The position numbers and the translations under genes were made by a program. Under the pieces are notes generated by a model. It saw only the letters and a program-made list of their open reading frames with translations, was not told the origin of the DNA and searched no databases. Below are positions 23,116-34,527 of a DNA stretch of 64,000 nucleotides, in pieces. Source of the DNA: Camelus dromedarius. Lineage: Eukaryota. The stretch's first letter is position 1; every line of letters starts with the position of its first letter. The stretch spans positions 26,290,001 through 26,354,000 of the forward strand of contig NC_087436.1 in assembly GCF_036321535.1 (NCBI RefSeq), given 5' to 3'.

Positions 23116-26100
23116 TTCCTTCTTCATTGTTATTTGCAAAATAAAATAGTGCTTTCTCATCGAATGATTCCAACAACATTGAGATATGGGAAGGATGTGT
23201 TTTATTTTAAGAGAGGCATTTCTGGGATATTACCTAATTGAAAGTTTGCATAATGCAAGTCTGAAATAATTCAAGAGTATTTTTCCTATAGAAAAGTCAA
23301 TAGAGAAATGCAGTCTTGGAATACAGACATTTCTAATCATAGCACATACATCTCCTAGATGTACTTTTTCTCTAATTATGTTTTTAATTTTATCTAAAAT
23401 AAAGCTATCTAAATTATAACCTTGACCTTCTTTATAGAAATTTAACATACCTAATTGAATTCCAAGGTTTGTGTCGCCTGGCAGCACTTTTCTGAACTAG
23501 CACTGATTCTGCCATTTAATTAATTCTTAGATGACATTGTCATAAGATAAAAAATACTTTCAGGTTATAAAAACATTGAATGTCAAAATAACAGCACAGG
23601 TGTTATAATAAAAAATCCTGGAAATTCCAGTGCACGTTAAAAACAGTATGGTTTAAGAGACATACTGAAAAAAAAGGAGGGAAATAGATATTGCTGTTTA
23701 CCAGGTAAGGTGACACTAGCTGTGGCAATCATAAAAACACAGTATACACTGAAGCTAGTCTGCTAGTTTTTACATTTAAAAAATCTTGGTAATAAAAAAG
23801 TCAGCATTTTATATATTATTGTTTCATAAAATGCAATTATACTACTTATATAATACAACACAACACTCACCTCTACCCACCCCCTTCACACACACATTTT
23901 ATTACTTTCTGTTCTCAATCACATATTCCTCCCCAGAGTTAACCATTTAACAGTTTGTGTGGTTGCTTCCAATAATTGATTTTATGATTTTATATGTGCA
24001 TAGTATATTATATTACCTATGAACAATAAAAATATATTTAAATGTACATAAATCAGTTTTCATTTAACTTATGTGTTAAAAACTCACTGTTGTAATACGC
24101 AGAAGAAAACAATCCATCCCTCTGTACTCTATAATTGATTAGCTCATAAATCAGGTCTTATGAGTGAAAATTTCAGAATTTAGTGACAAAAAAATTCTCC
24201 TTAGAATCTGTTCTGCAGATCTGCATGATTATTTCTATTTGTTTTACCTAAATACGGATAGAAACATGTTACAAGTATGCAATTAAATAAATTCTTGTTA
24301 CTTGGTAATATTTCTCCTAAAAGTAAGAAAGATGAGAAAAGAGAGAAAAGCCAGCTTTTCCTCTTGAGTTAGTACAGTGTGAAATACTCATTAGCATACT
24401 GTTCTTGAAAAATAAGGGCCAGCTACTGAGCTATGCTTACGTCTCCTTACAAGCAATTTAAAGGAAATTTATGAAAAATACTTACATTGGATTAGGGCTA
24501 AATTATTATCTTTGTGAAATAAGGGTGGATTTTTTTTTCTTTTTAAAAAATAAACAAACGGGAAAAAACACCAATTAAACTATTAGCTAAGTAGTTATAG
24601 AAGGCTTAATTACAAATTTCTCCCCAAAAAAGCAATTTTAAAACTTGTAGTTCCACTGCCTCTCCTATGTCTCTCCTCTTATCTGAACTAGGTACTTTTT
24701 AGCTAATTTTTCCTATATTCAGTATAATTCAAATTAGTAAACTATCAGGCAACTGCTGTTTCAACAATTAATAATTTCCCGTCTACCCTTGCAATTTTCC
24801 ACAATCATTATAGTTAAAATGCAGTGATTCTACCAACAAAGGTATGTCATGGAGAGAACACAAAATTATTAAAAGCATCCAAAGGGTTTCTAATGATCAA
24901 AAAAAATGAATTTCGCTATGGAGATGTTTATTGCTATCAGAGATTGACACTGATGGCAAATTCTTATATCCATTTTCACAATTTTATATTATTTATTTTT
25001 GGCTTTTCTAATGATGGTCAAGTAATTCAAATTACATCGGCTTTTTAAGAACTAGATATTATCTTTAAGAAATAGGCCTTTTAAGAAATAGAAGAATTTG
25101 CATTTATAATTAAAATTGATCTGGGTTGATGTCATCATGTTTTTCAGTGTCAACGCACAATGACTCAGTACTTAAATAGGAATGATATGCATGTGTGTAT
25201 TTACAGTTTTTGTATTTCTAGAAGAAAAAGGTGCTTAACAGATGGAGCAATATTGAACTTTACCCAGAGTTACATTCATCTTATGCACAAGTCTATGCAG
25301 CAAGCAAGCCAACTTGACAGTTTAATTCCACATTAGGATAATGCTTGGAAGGGTAATCCTATTCGCACTGCGGGATAAGGATGCCTGCGTCGTGGCTTTG
25401 GCCTATAAAATTGTTAGCTATAAATTCTGAGTTGGCATTATGAGCTTCTTAACTTTTAAACCATCCTTTTCTTAGCATCCTATTGCCAACAGTAAGTTAT
25501 TTGCCCCATAAATCCATCTAACCCATTATATTTTTCTTTCAAAAATCATTTGGCAAATATACCAAAAGCAATAAAATCTGCTTTTCATATGGATTATCTT
25601 ATTCTAGACATAATAATTTTGTGTATGTGAAACACACGGAATGAGTTATAAATGGAATAATTTTGTTTACGAGAGTAGATTTAAAAAGAACCAGAAGAGT
25701 TTTATTTTTGCTGTATTTAAGGATAAAAAAATCAATCAACTGTGAGTCGAGATAAATGTTCACAATATTTTATAAGGAAAATCAAAGAAATGAAAATACC
25801 TTGTTTACTTAGTTTTTAGAAACTAGCACTCAAATTTGATTGTTCAGCTGTGTACCTAGTCTGTGAGTTTATGTAATAAAAATAGTTCATGCTTATACTT
25901 TACCGTTGTGGAGTGACCAGATATGAACACAGAGAGGTGAGCTCTGAGGACACCTGAGAGGTGTCTGCCCTGCCTTCTCCATTTACATGTTGGCTGGAAG
26001 TCTGAAGTTTCAAGCTAACAAATGTGAACATAAGGGTTTTAAAGGCCAAACATTTTTGCTCTTACCTCTTTACTTTTCCAGTTGGAGAAAAATCTGCTTT

Positions 26101-26429
26101 CAACCTTAAGTCTTGGGTAGAATCTAATCTCAAAGCCTACAGATCCTGCCATTTCTTTTAGTGTAAAAGGGTCTGGTGTCGCTGAGAAAAAGTTTGAAGC
26201 CCTTGATTCCTGTCCCATTTCCAACTATGACTGCCTCTTTGAGATTGTCTTTTTAAAAATTTCTCAGTGTCTTTGTTATTTTACTCATTTTATTATAGCT
26301 CAACTACCCATGACCCATCTTTCTTCTACGTTATCCTTTTCAATTAATTATAATTTATCTTAGTTTGACACAAAGTTATCTCTTTTTTTGTTTGGTTATG
26401 CGTATAATTTACACCTTGATTGTATTAAA

Positions 26430-26530
26430 ATTTTTTAACCAACAGACTGTTTTTAGAGCAGTTTTAGGTTTATAGCAAAATTGAGTAGAAAGTAGAGAGT
26501 TCTCAGATACCCCTTCTCCTCCACACATAA
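26430..26530 (-). mobile_element. L1MC-like 3' terminal fragment
   Basis: TTTTTAGAGCAGTTTTAGGTTTATAGCAAAATTGAGTAGAAAGTAGAGAGTTCTC; matches the start of the 50385 element. Confidence 0.8.
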
Positions 26531-27199
26531 AGTATATTATTTTTCACTCTTGTTGTTTTCATTGTATTTTTCAATCTAAAAATTATTGGATGTTGTTTTC
26601 ACATTTATATCAACAGAGGCAAGAATGTTTATAATGATTATAGCTATAAGGATCATCTATATCCATCTATAGCAAATTTATCAGAAATATCAACTTCAAT
26701 AGAAGGGGCAGCCTAGAGCTTTCAAATAAGAAAGATTCTTAGACTCTCTGAAGACACAGTAGGACAGTTTCATGATCTATTAGATGTCTACCAAGGGCAG
26801 AGGGGATAATGGCAGTATGCCTGGCTTGTTTTTGCCAACCTTGACCTATTGCCTCAGTATGGGAGACCAGATTTCCCTACACAAGCTTTGTAAGTCTTTT
26901 TATTGAAAGCAGAACTTCCTCCTCCAATATTGCAAACTTGTAATAATATATTTTTAGATCTAAAAGACTATCTTTTCTCCATTAGTTGGAGTAATATTAA
27001 ATGGTTGTACATTGTCATCTTATTTGTATAGGTATAGTTCTTGTTTTACCATACCATATGTGAATTTAGGTGATATAAAAGTCACTGTCTCTGCCTTGTA
27101 TGATCATTAATAAGGGACAAATTTTGAAATATAATAAGATTAATGGTACTCAAAACTTATTTTAATTTAAAATTGCTAGGCAAGTTACATACATTAATT

Positions 27200-27345
27200 C
27201 AATTAATGGTCACATTATCCAATAGCAAGTATTTTTATCCAAGATTACTAATGAAGTCCAGAGAGATGGGTTTATTTGCACTTAGTAAGTGATGGAGGTA
27301 AGATGTCTGGCTCCAAAGCCCAAACTCTTAGCTATGACACAGGCA
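27200..27345 (-). mobile_element. MIR SINE fragment
   Basis: AGTCCAGAGAGATGGG...TAGTAAGTGATGGAG...GTCTGGCTCCAAAGCCCAAACTCTTAGC. Confidence 0.55.
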
Positions 27346-27994
27346 GCAATGGTAAGAAAGAAAGAAGAGGCATCAGTCAATGTTGAATCTTCTAATCTTC
27401 TGGAAGGAGACAATCCATAATCGGATTTGTCTACTCTTTGTTACTTCAATATGTCTCCCGCATGTTTATTTTATTGATCATTTTTGCTCAATGCATGGTC
27501 CATGACAACTGAGAGTCCATGGACAAATTTTCATTGAGACACTGATATTCTTTCTTCTTTCAGACATTTTTTTTAGAATGTGCACATTAATTCTATTGTT
27601 ATCTGTTTGAAATATTTTTGAGTACAACAGGCTGTGTAAAAACTAGTTAAATAAATCAGCCCCTCTTATAAAATGTTTGCTACCATTGTTTTGGAATTAT
27701 CTCTAGGAAAGTTAAAAGAAGAATATCCCTTGTATGAAAGTGTATGAACATTTTTTCTTTTTCTTTTCTTTTTTTTTTTTTTTTGAGTCAAAGGTGATGT
27801 TCTGACTGCTAAGGTTATCATCAGGAGACTTTTATAATGAAGTAGTTTCATCTTTGGTGAATTAGGTCTAGGAACATACAAACAAAACAAAACAAAATAA
27901 AATCGACAATTACATCCCTTACTAGTAAGTGAGACAGGCAGGACACTAGAAGTCTATAAGAATGACACCTTCATTTCCATTAAACAAGATATTT

Positions 27995-28110
27995 TAAACA
28001 TTGCCTACACATTAGAATTTCCCCCAGAAGCTTTGTAGAAAATACTGATGCACAGATTCTTATTTAATTGTTCTAGGACAGAGCTTGAGCATTATTTTAT
28101 TTAGCTGTTG
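27995..28110. mobile_element. MER5-like hAT fragment
   Basis: CCTACACATTAGAATTTCCCCCAGAAGCTTTGTAGAAAATACTGATGCACAGATTC. Confidence 0.5.
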
Positions 28111-28114
28111 CAAT

Positions 28115-30420
28115 TTGCTTTTTAAATCTACTTAATTTTGATACAAGATATATATGATAAAATACACTCATTTTTAATTTTTAGTTCATATATTTTAACG
28201 TATTAGTATCTGTGTAATCACACATCAGGATGTACATAGACATTTCATTTTCCATTAGTGCTTTGCACTAGACCCACCCATCCATCCCTGGCTCCAGGAC
28301 ATCACATTTTGGCTCTTGGTCACTGTCATTAATTTTGCCTGACATAGAATTTCACATAAATAGAATAATTCAGTATGTTTTTCTTTTTTCCTGTCTAGCT
28401 TTTTTGGTTTAGCAAAATACTTTTGATATTTATCCATGTTCTTGTGTTATCCATGGTTCGTTCTTTCTTACTGCACAGTGTTATATTGTGGGCTTATACC
28501 AAACTCCTGTGTGTGTGTGCGCACGCGTGTGTGTGTGTATACACCGGGAGATGACTGTATATATGTATGGGGGATTGGTTCCAGAACCCCTGTGGATACC
28601 AAAATCCATGGATACTCAAGGCCCTTATGTAAAATGGAGTAGTATTTGCATAAAATCTACACACATTCTATGTAAATACAATGTAAATAGTAGCCATTGT
28701 GCAGCAATTTTTGCCATTGCAACAAGTTTTCCTTTTTGGAACTTCTGGATTTTTTAAAATATTTTTGAGCCACAGTTGGTTGAATTCACAAATATGGAAC
28801 CTGTGGAATATAGAGGGCCAACTGTACAGATATAAATACATATGTATATATATACACATACACATACACACATACATATATATACGCATGTAAATATATA
28901 TGTGTGTAGATTATGCCTTGTGTTTTTTGAGTTCTTTCAAAAATCTTTGCCTACCCCTGTCTATTTTATGTTGGGGAAATTTTTTTCTTACATTTCTTTC
29001 CAGAACTTTTACACCTTATCTTTTTTATGCTTAAGTGTATGACTGCATTTGAGTTAATAACCATTTGGAAAGAGAAATTGTTAAGATATATTTCTTGGGA
29101 TACCCATTCTACCATTTCACCACTATTTAGTAAAAAGATTATTTTTTTTCCATAGCAGCACTGAAAAATTAATTAACATGATTTGGGAAAGATTCATTTT
29201 TTAGTGAACTGAGCAAATGACACACGTGGATTTTAGTAGAGGTGAATAGTATATTTCTCTATTTTTTGAATTGCTTCATTTGACCTAAATCTGTCCTTAA
29301 GTGAATACCACACCCTTTTAAGACTTTGAGAGTAGGTCTTAAAATGCATTAGTGTAACTCTTCCAATTTTGTTCTATTTTATTTTTATTTTAGCTTTTTT
29401 TTGTGACTTTGTAGTTTCATACAAATTTTAGAATCAATTTGTCATCTACCAAAACAAAACCAAATAAAAAATTTTTTGAGGACTTTTGATTGAGATTATG
29501 CTGAATATATGGACCCACTTTGGGAAAACTAAGACCTTTACAGTATCATTTATTTCAATACATGAAATTGGCATGTCTTTCCAAATTTTATGTAGTCTTA
29601 AATTATTGGCAGAAATGTAATATTTGTAATTATTTATAAATTTTTTTTCTTATATTGTGTTGAATTTATCCTAAATTATTTTGCCTTTTTAATGCTAGTT
29701 TAAATGATATTTTTATTTCATTTACTGATTATTTCCCAGTGTACAAAACACAATTGATATTTCCCAGGTGTCTTTGGGTATTCCATCAACTATAAAATAA
29801 AATATTTTTACATCATCTTTTGTAATAAACATGCTTTGAACTTTTTTTTTCTTTATTGTACTAGATAGAACCTCCAGGAAAAAAAAAATGTTATAAAGAA
29901 GTAGTAAGAATGGGCATCCTTGCCTCCCTAATCTTAGAGGGAAAGCAATCAGTCATTCACCACTAAGTATAAAGTTAGAAGTAGGTTTTTCAAAGATTTT
30001 TCAAATAAGTAGGTTTATCAGAATGGAAATTTTCCCTTTTAATCCTATTTGTATGACAGTTCTTATGACTGGATGTTGAATTTTATCGTGTTATTTCTGT
30101 ATCTAATGGTACCATCCTATACTTTTCTCCTTTATTCTATTAATATGATTAATTATACATTTTTTTAACTTTAAAACGTTAAACTTGCTTTCCTGGGGTG
30201 GGTGGAGACCTTTTCATGGAATATTGTTTTTATATATTACTCAAATGAATTTCTAATCATTTTGTTAAATATTTTTATTTTTATATTTACTTTCATGATG
30301 ATCTCCCCAAATGCAGTGCTCTCAACTCTGTGTGACCACCATGTTCTGATCTGGTTATGTCTTTTCTGCACTGAGTCCCAGAAAATGCCACCAGGCAGAA
30401 AGCCTGGCACTGTCAGTGGA
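28115..30420 (-). mobile_element. Old L1M (MC/ME) remnant: 3'UTR plus decayed ORF2 segments
   Basis: TTTTAGAATCAATTTGTCATC, GAAGTAGTAAGAATGGGCATCCTTGCCTCCCTAATCTTAGAGGGAAAGC, GGATGTTGAATTTTATC are reverse-complement ORF2 text. Confidence 0.8.
28541..28826 (+). mobile_element. MER2-like Tc1/mariner (Tigger) MITE nested in L1
   Basis: GGGGGATTGGTTCCAGAACCCCTGTGGATACCAAAATCCATGGATACTCAAG...GAGGGCCAACTGTA; flanked by (TG)/(TA) repeats. Confidence 0.85.
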
Positions 30421-30914
30421 AATATTTGGTCCTGCTGAGATGATCGGGAATAATCATTTTAAATGGAATCAGTTCTATCTTTGTTGTCTCATGTCTATAA
30501 ATAAACACACTATGTCACTTACTGGGCAACCAAGACTAAATTGAAAAGACAAGAGTTCATAAGAATATCTCTATTTCCATTACATGGAATGTTTTCAACA
30601 CTGCCTGCATATGCTGTGAAAAAATCACAGTTGCCCAGTTTTATCACTAGTTTTGACTTAATTGTTCTATTTTACTTAATTTTTTCTCTATTTTTGTTAT
30701 TAATCTCTTCAGCTAATTCTAATGTAAAGCTACAGTTGAAACTACTGCTCTAAGTAGCATAAGTACAACCATATTCTTGCATGGCACTTCTGGAGAGTTA
30801 TCTCTCCCCTATGGAGGAGATTAAATAACTTGCCCAAGTATTCATAATATCAAGTGAAAAAATAATCCTTATAATCTGCTGATTGCCAATGTGTTGTATT
30901 CTTTTATGATATGG

Positions 30915-31446
30915 TCAGACAGGTGAAGCCACAGAGAAGATAGGGGTGTGGCTCAGGAAAAAACAAAGTTTTTATATTCAGAGTTCCTAGAAACAGGAGG
31001 TATGGCTCACCACACAGAGCTACGTAGGAAAGACATCAGGTCAGGCAGTAGAAGACAGAAACAAGGGGAAGGTTTCAGCAACCGTCTTTATTGGAGTTTT
31101 CACAGGAAAGGCAAGGCAAGGCAGGGCAGGATGGACAGTTTAGAATTGGCTTGTTTGAATAATTTCTGTGGGTTTTGGGCTGTAAGAGCGGTCCCCAATT
31201 GCCTGCACCTGGCCCTAGGATGATTAAGGCAGAAGAATATTGCCTCCTGGGGTGCCCAGGCCAGATAGATGAGGAATGGCTCTGAATTGATTAGTTTACA
31301 TATCAAAGACATGCTCCAGGCTAGGCCCTTTGCCATCTCTAAGAATTGCTTAACCCAAGGAGGGGCAGTTTCTCCCTAGCCAGAAAAGTTTTTTTACGAA
31401 GTCAAAATATCACAATATACAACTAATTAAAAATATATACAATACA
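30915..31446 (-). mobile_element. ERVL solo LTR, MER74-like
   Basis: TAGTTTACATATCAAAGACATGCTCCAGGCTAGGCCCTTTGCCATCTCTAAGAATTG...GGAGGGGCAGTTTCTCCCTAGCCAG...ATATATACAATACA. Confidence 0.75.
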
Positions 31447-32090
31447 ACCAACATTCCTATTCTTTGTACTTTAAAGTATTGCCTTCTCAGGCCAATATTT
31501 TGATATTTTATTTTCTTAGCTTAGTGAAATTTTTATTTTTGAACCTCTTAGTTATATTAATTGAATGATCTTTCAAAGGTGAACACTGTATAACTGATAT
31601 CCCAACACCTGACCATGGTCCACACTACATCATACAATGATTCCTCTCAAATTTTTTCCAAAGAATTTAAATCCTATAATGTATAACTGAAATAATTATT
31701 TAATATTGTTGAAATAAATTTATAGGCTCAAGAGGGACCCCGTCCTACCCAGGGTGCCACATCAGCAAACCTAAACCTAGATAGCTTTCCTGTTCCTGTC
31801 AATACTTTATTTGACCAGAAACACAGTCTAGTCAGTCAGCTAATTCCCAGGTGCCAGATCAACTCTGGGCCTCCTCACCCCAAACAAGGTTGATTATTTG
31901 GCTCTCACTAATCAGATATTTTGTATTTGTCCCTTCCTTGTACTTTATTCTTTACCCTATAAAAGTTTTTGCCTTCCACCCCTTTTTGCAATTCCCCAAA
32001 AGGTGACTGTCTACTTTATGAAGTGTTAAAGTTTTTTTGTATTACCTAAATTGTCTTCTTTAATCTTTTTTTTTTTTCTTTTATAGTTTT

Positions 32091-32109
32091 TGGTGAGGAG
32101 GAATGAGAT
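32091..32109 (+). promoter_or_regulatory. Primer-binding site, tRNA-Ser(GCT)-like
   Basis: TGGTGAGGAGGAATGAGAT just after the LTR, a degenerate match to TGGCGACGAGGATGGGAT. Confidence 0.55.
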
Positions 32110-32290
32110 CCTAAGCTGACTGCCAGTGGTCTATAGAACAAGAAGACACACAAGGGAGACACTTGCTGATTCCTTTGAGTTCACTGTTCCTCTCACCATT
32201 ACTGAAAGCCATGGGTAAGTCACTCTGGGATTTGAGCTCTAATCCCTTGCATACAGCTCTTCAGTCCAAGCAAACTTTATTTAAAAGATT

Positions 32291-32304
32291 ACATATATAT
32301 GTAT

Positions 32305-32361
<57 letters not shown>

Positions 32362-32416
32362 GAGAGAGAAAGTGAGAGAGAGACAGACACACACACGCAC
32401 ATATATACATATATAT
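32291..32416. repeat. Compound (TA)n/(GA)n/(CA)n microsatellite within the ERV leader
   Basis: Directly visible. Confidence 0.9.
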
Positions 32417-33099
32417 TCTTTATCCAGGCCTTGTGTCTCTCAGAGCCAAATTAATACCTAAGAGGAATGGGCTGCTGGGCAAGGGTTTTGTGATGTTTTG
32501 CATGTACCTCTTTACACAGAAATTTTCCTGGGATTGATGGATAGTATACATCAGAGAGCTTCCAGGGTTTATTAAAGTTCCCAGAAATGTTCTGGGGTCC
32601 CAGAAAATTTCCAGGATAACTTTATTGGAAGTCCACATCAGGTGGTATCCATCATGGGGCTCACAAAGCCTTAAGGTAAGCCTACAGCATAAACCACTAG
32701 GGGACTTGGGGAAATAAGATAAGAAATTCAGACTGTTTTGATCATCAAAATCAAAATCTAAGTAGGCATAAGACACACTATTAAAAGCCATTAGGGTGTT
32801 CACCACTATAGAGAAATTTTCTCCTGAAGGGAACGATAGATCTATTGCTAACAGGAACCTCGGAAGCCAAAGCTTCAAAACTGATGCATGAGGTGGAGCA
32901 TTTAAAAGCTGTTACAGTGCTCACCACTTTAACTCTAAGACTCCTGTGCGACGATAAGTTAACTTGACACTAGATCACTACCAACCTCAAGGAAGGTTCT
33001 GTGCAACAAAGTACACTGTAAAACACCACACAGTCCCCAACCCAGTGGCACACCCCTCTTAGGTATTAATTTGGCTCTGAGAGAACCAAGGCTTGCTAC

Positions 33100-33860
33100 A
33101 GAAATGGAATCTTCAAGTTTCAAAGAATCGTGTCACTTTCTGGCACATCTGCTTATTTTATGTCTAAGAACTGTGGTTTTGGAAACTCTAGTTATCTACA
33201 AAAATGGCAAAGCCTTACTAAGACAACCCACAGTTACAGTGAACATTATGGGGAGAATTCCAATTAGGAATGTCATTCATTGAAGAGATGCACTTGAAAG
33301 CAAGGATTTCCAAATCAAACAGAATGGGCTACCTATTTTAACTGGTATGCAGAAGCCTCCAAAAAACTTCAAACTTCCGAAACAGCTTCATTAAAAGATT
33401 CATTGCAAAAGACTAAAGAGAAATTAAAGACACAGGAGATAGCTAAAACGAAAGACTGTAAGACTGATGTGCTGTCTGCTACTGCCCTCTATCTTTATTT
33501 ACCTGAATATTTAGTCTACTAATTCTCTGTCTTAATTGCCTTTCCACTTGGAAAAAGCTACAATACTATAGACAAAAATCAAAGCTTTCCGCACTAACTC
33601 CGACACCCCCATATCTACCCTTGAAAGCAGGCCCCACAGAGCCCCTCTTGTGGTCGATGGGACTCCGAGGGATTCTCTGGGAAAATGCTACCAATTATAC
33701 CCTCAAATAGCTAAGGAGAAACCAAAATTAAAATTAATGGAAGACCTTCAAAATAATTCTAATAGATATGGGGCTACACTCTCTACTTTAAACCCAGTAA
33801 CTCTGGAGCCTGCAGATGGGATCCAGGGAAAACTGGCAGAAATCAACAAAGGATGAGAAT
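33100..33860 (+). pseudogene. Decayed gag (matrix-region) remnant
   Basis: AAATGGCAAAGCCTTACT...CAGTTACAGTGAACATTATGGGGAGAATTC resembles the ERV1 MA 'KW..LT....LQWP.WG.F' motif; multiple stops and frameshifts. Confidence 0.5.
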
Positions 33861-34033
33861 TCTTACCAGAGTGAGCTCTCTTGGATCTCTGTAGTGCCCC
33901 GTTGAGAGGAAAGTAAAATTTTATGTTGTCCTTTATTGGTTACCAATCCTTTTCTCTCCCAGAGACAGCTATTGCCTTCTTATTGGTCTCATTTTGTGTC
34001 CTGAGAATTTGACTTGGCTTTCTGCCATTCTGG

Positions 34034-34527
34034 TGTCGACTGAAATAAATGCACAGCCTAAAAGTTAAGAGTTATGTTTTATTTGGCGGGAGGACTTGAG
34101 CTGGGATGACAGCCTCTCAGATCGCTCTGAGGGACTGCTCCAAAGAGGTAGGGGAGGAGCAAGGATATATAGGAGCTTTACAACAAAAACCGGGTAGTTG
34201 GAACAATAGAAGATTGCTTGTAATCTAAAGAAGGCCAGGCATCTCAAGTTAAAGAATTTAGCGCTTTTCTGTGTATGGGAGGAAGCAAACATTTGGGCTC
34301 ACTGAATTCATTCATTTGACAAGCACCTAGCTATCTAGGGCCAGTATCCTGTCCTTTCTTATTCTGAGTCCACTCAGAGTGCACCATTGTGAGTGGCTGC
34401 AGAGGCTGGGCTACAGGCCCGTCCACACTGGGGGGTGGCTGCAACCGCTGATGACTTGGTTTCAGCATTCTTTGTTTACTGATATGTTTGCAGTATTTTC
34501 ACTCACATTGCAGTATTTTCGTTCACA
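34034..34527 (-). mobile_element. Younger ERV1-type solo LTR nested in the provirus
   Basis: TG...CA termini, TSD CTGG/TTGG, TTTATT (AATAAA on -) near 34078, retained CpGs. Confidence 0.85.

Noticed and set aside
25904..25953. 50-nt minus-strand exon-like unit (ctcag|...ACG|gtaaag)
   Set aside because: No polypyrimidine tract, not frame-preserving, no recognisable peptide.
32420..32878. 152-aa minus ORF
   Set aside because: Antisense to the ERV leader region; no retroviral or cellular domain.
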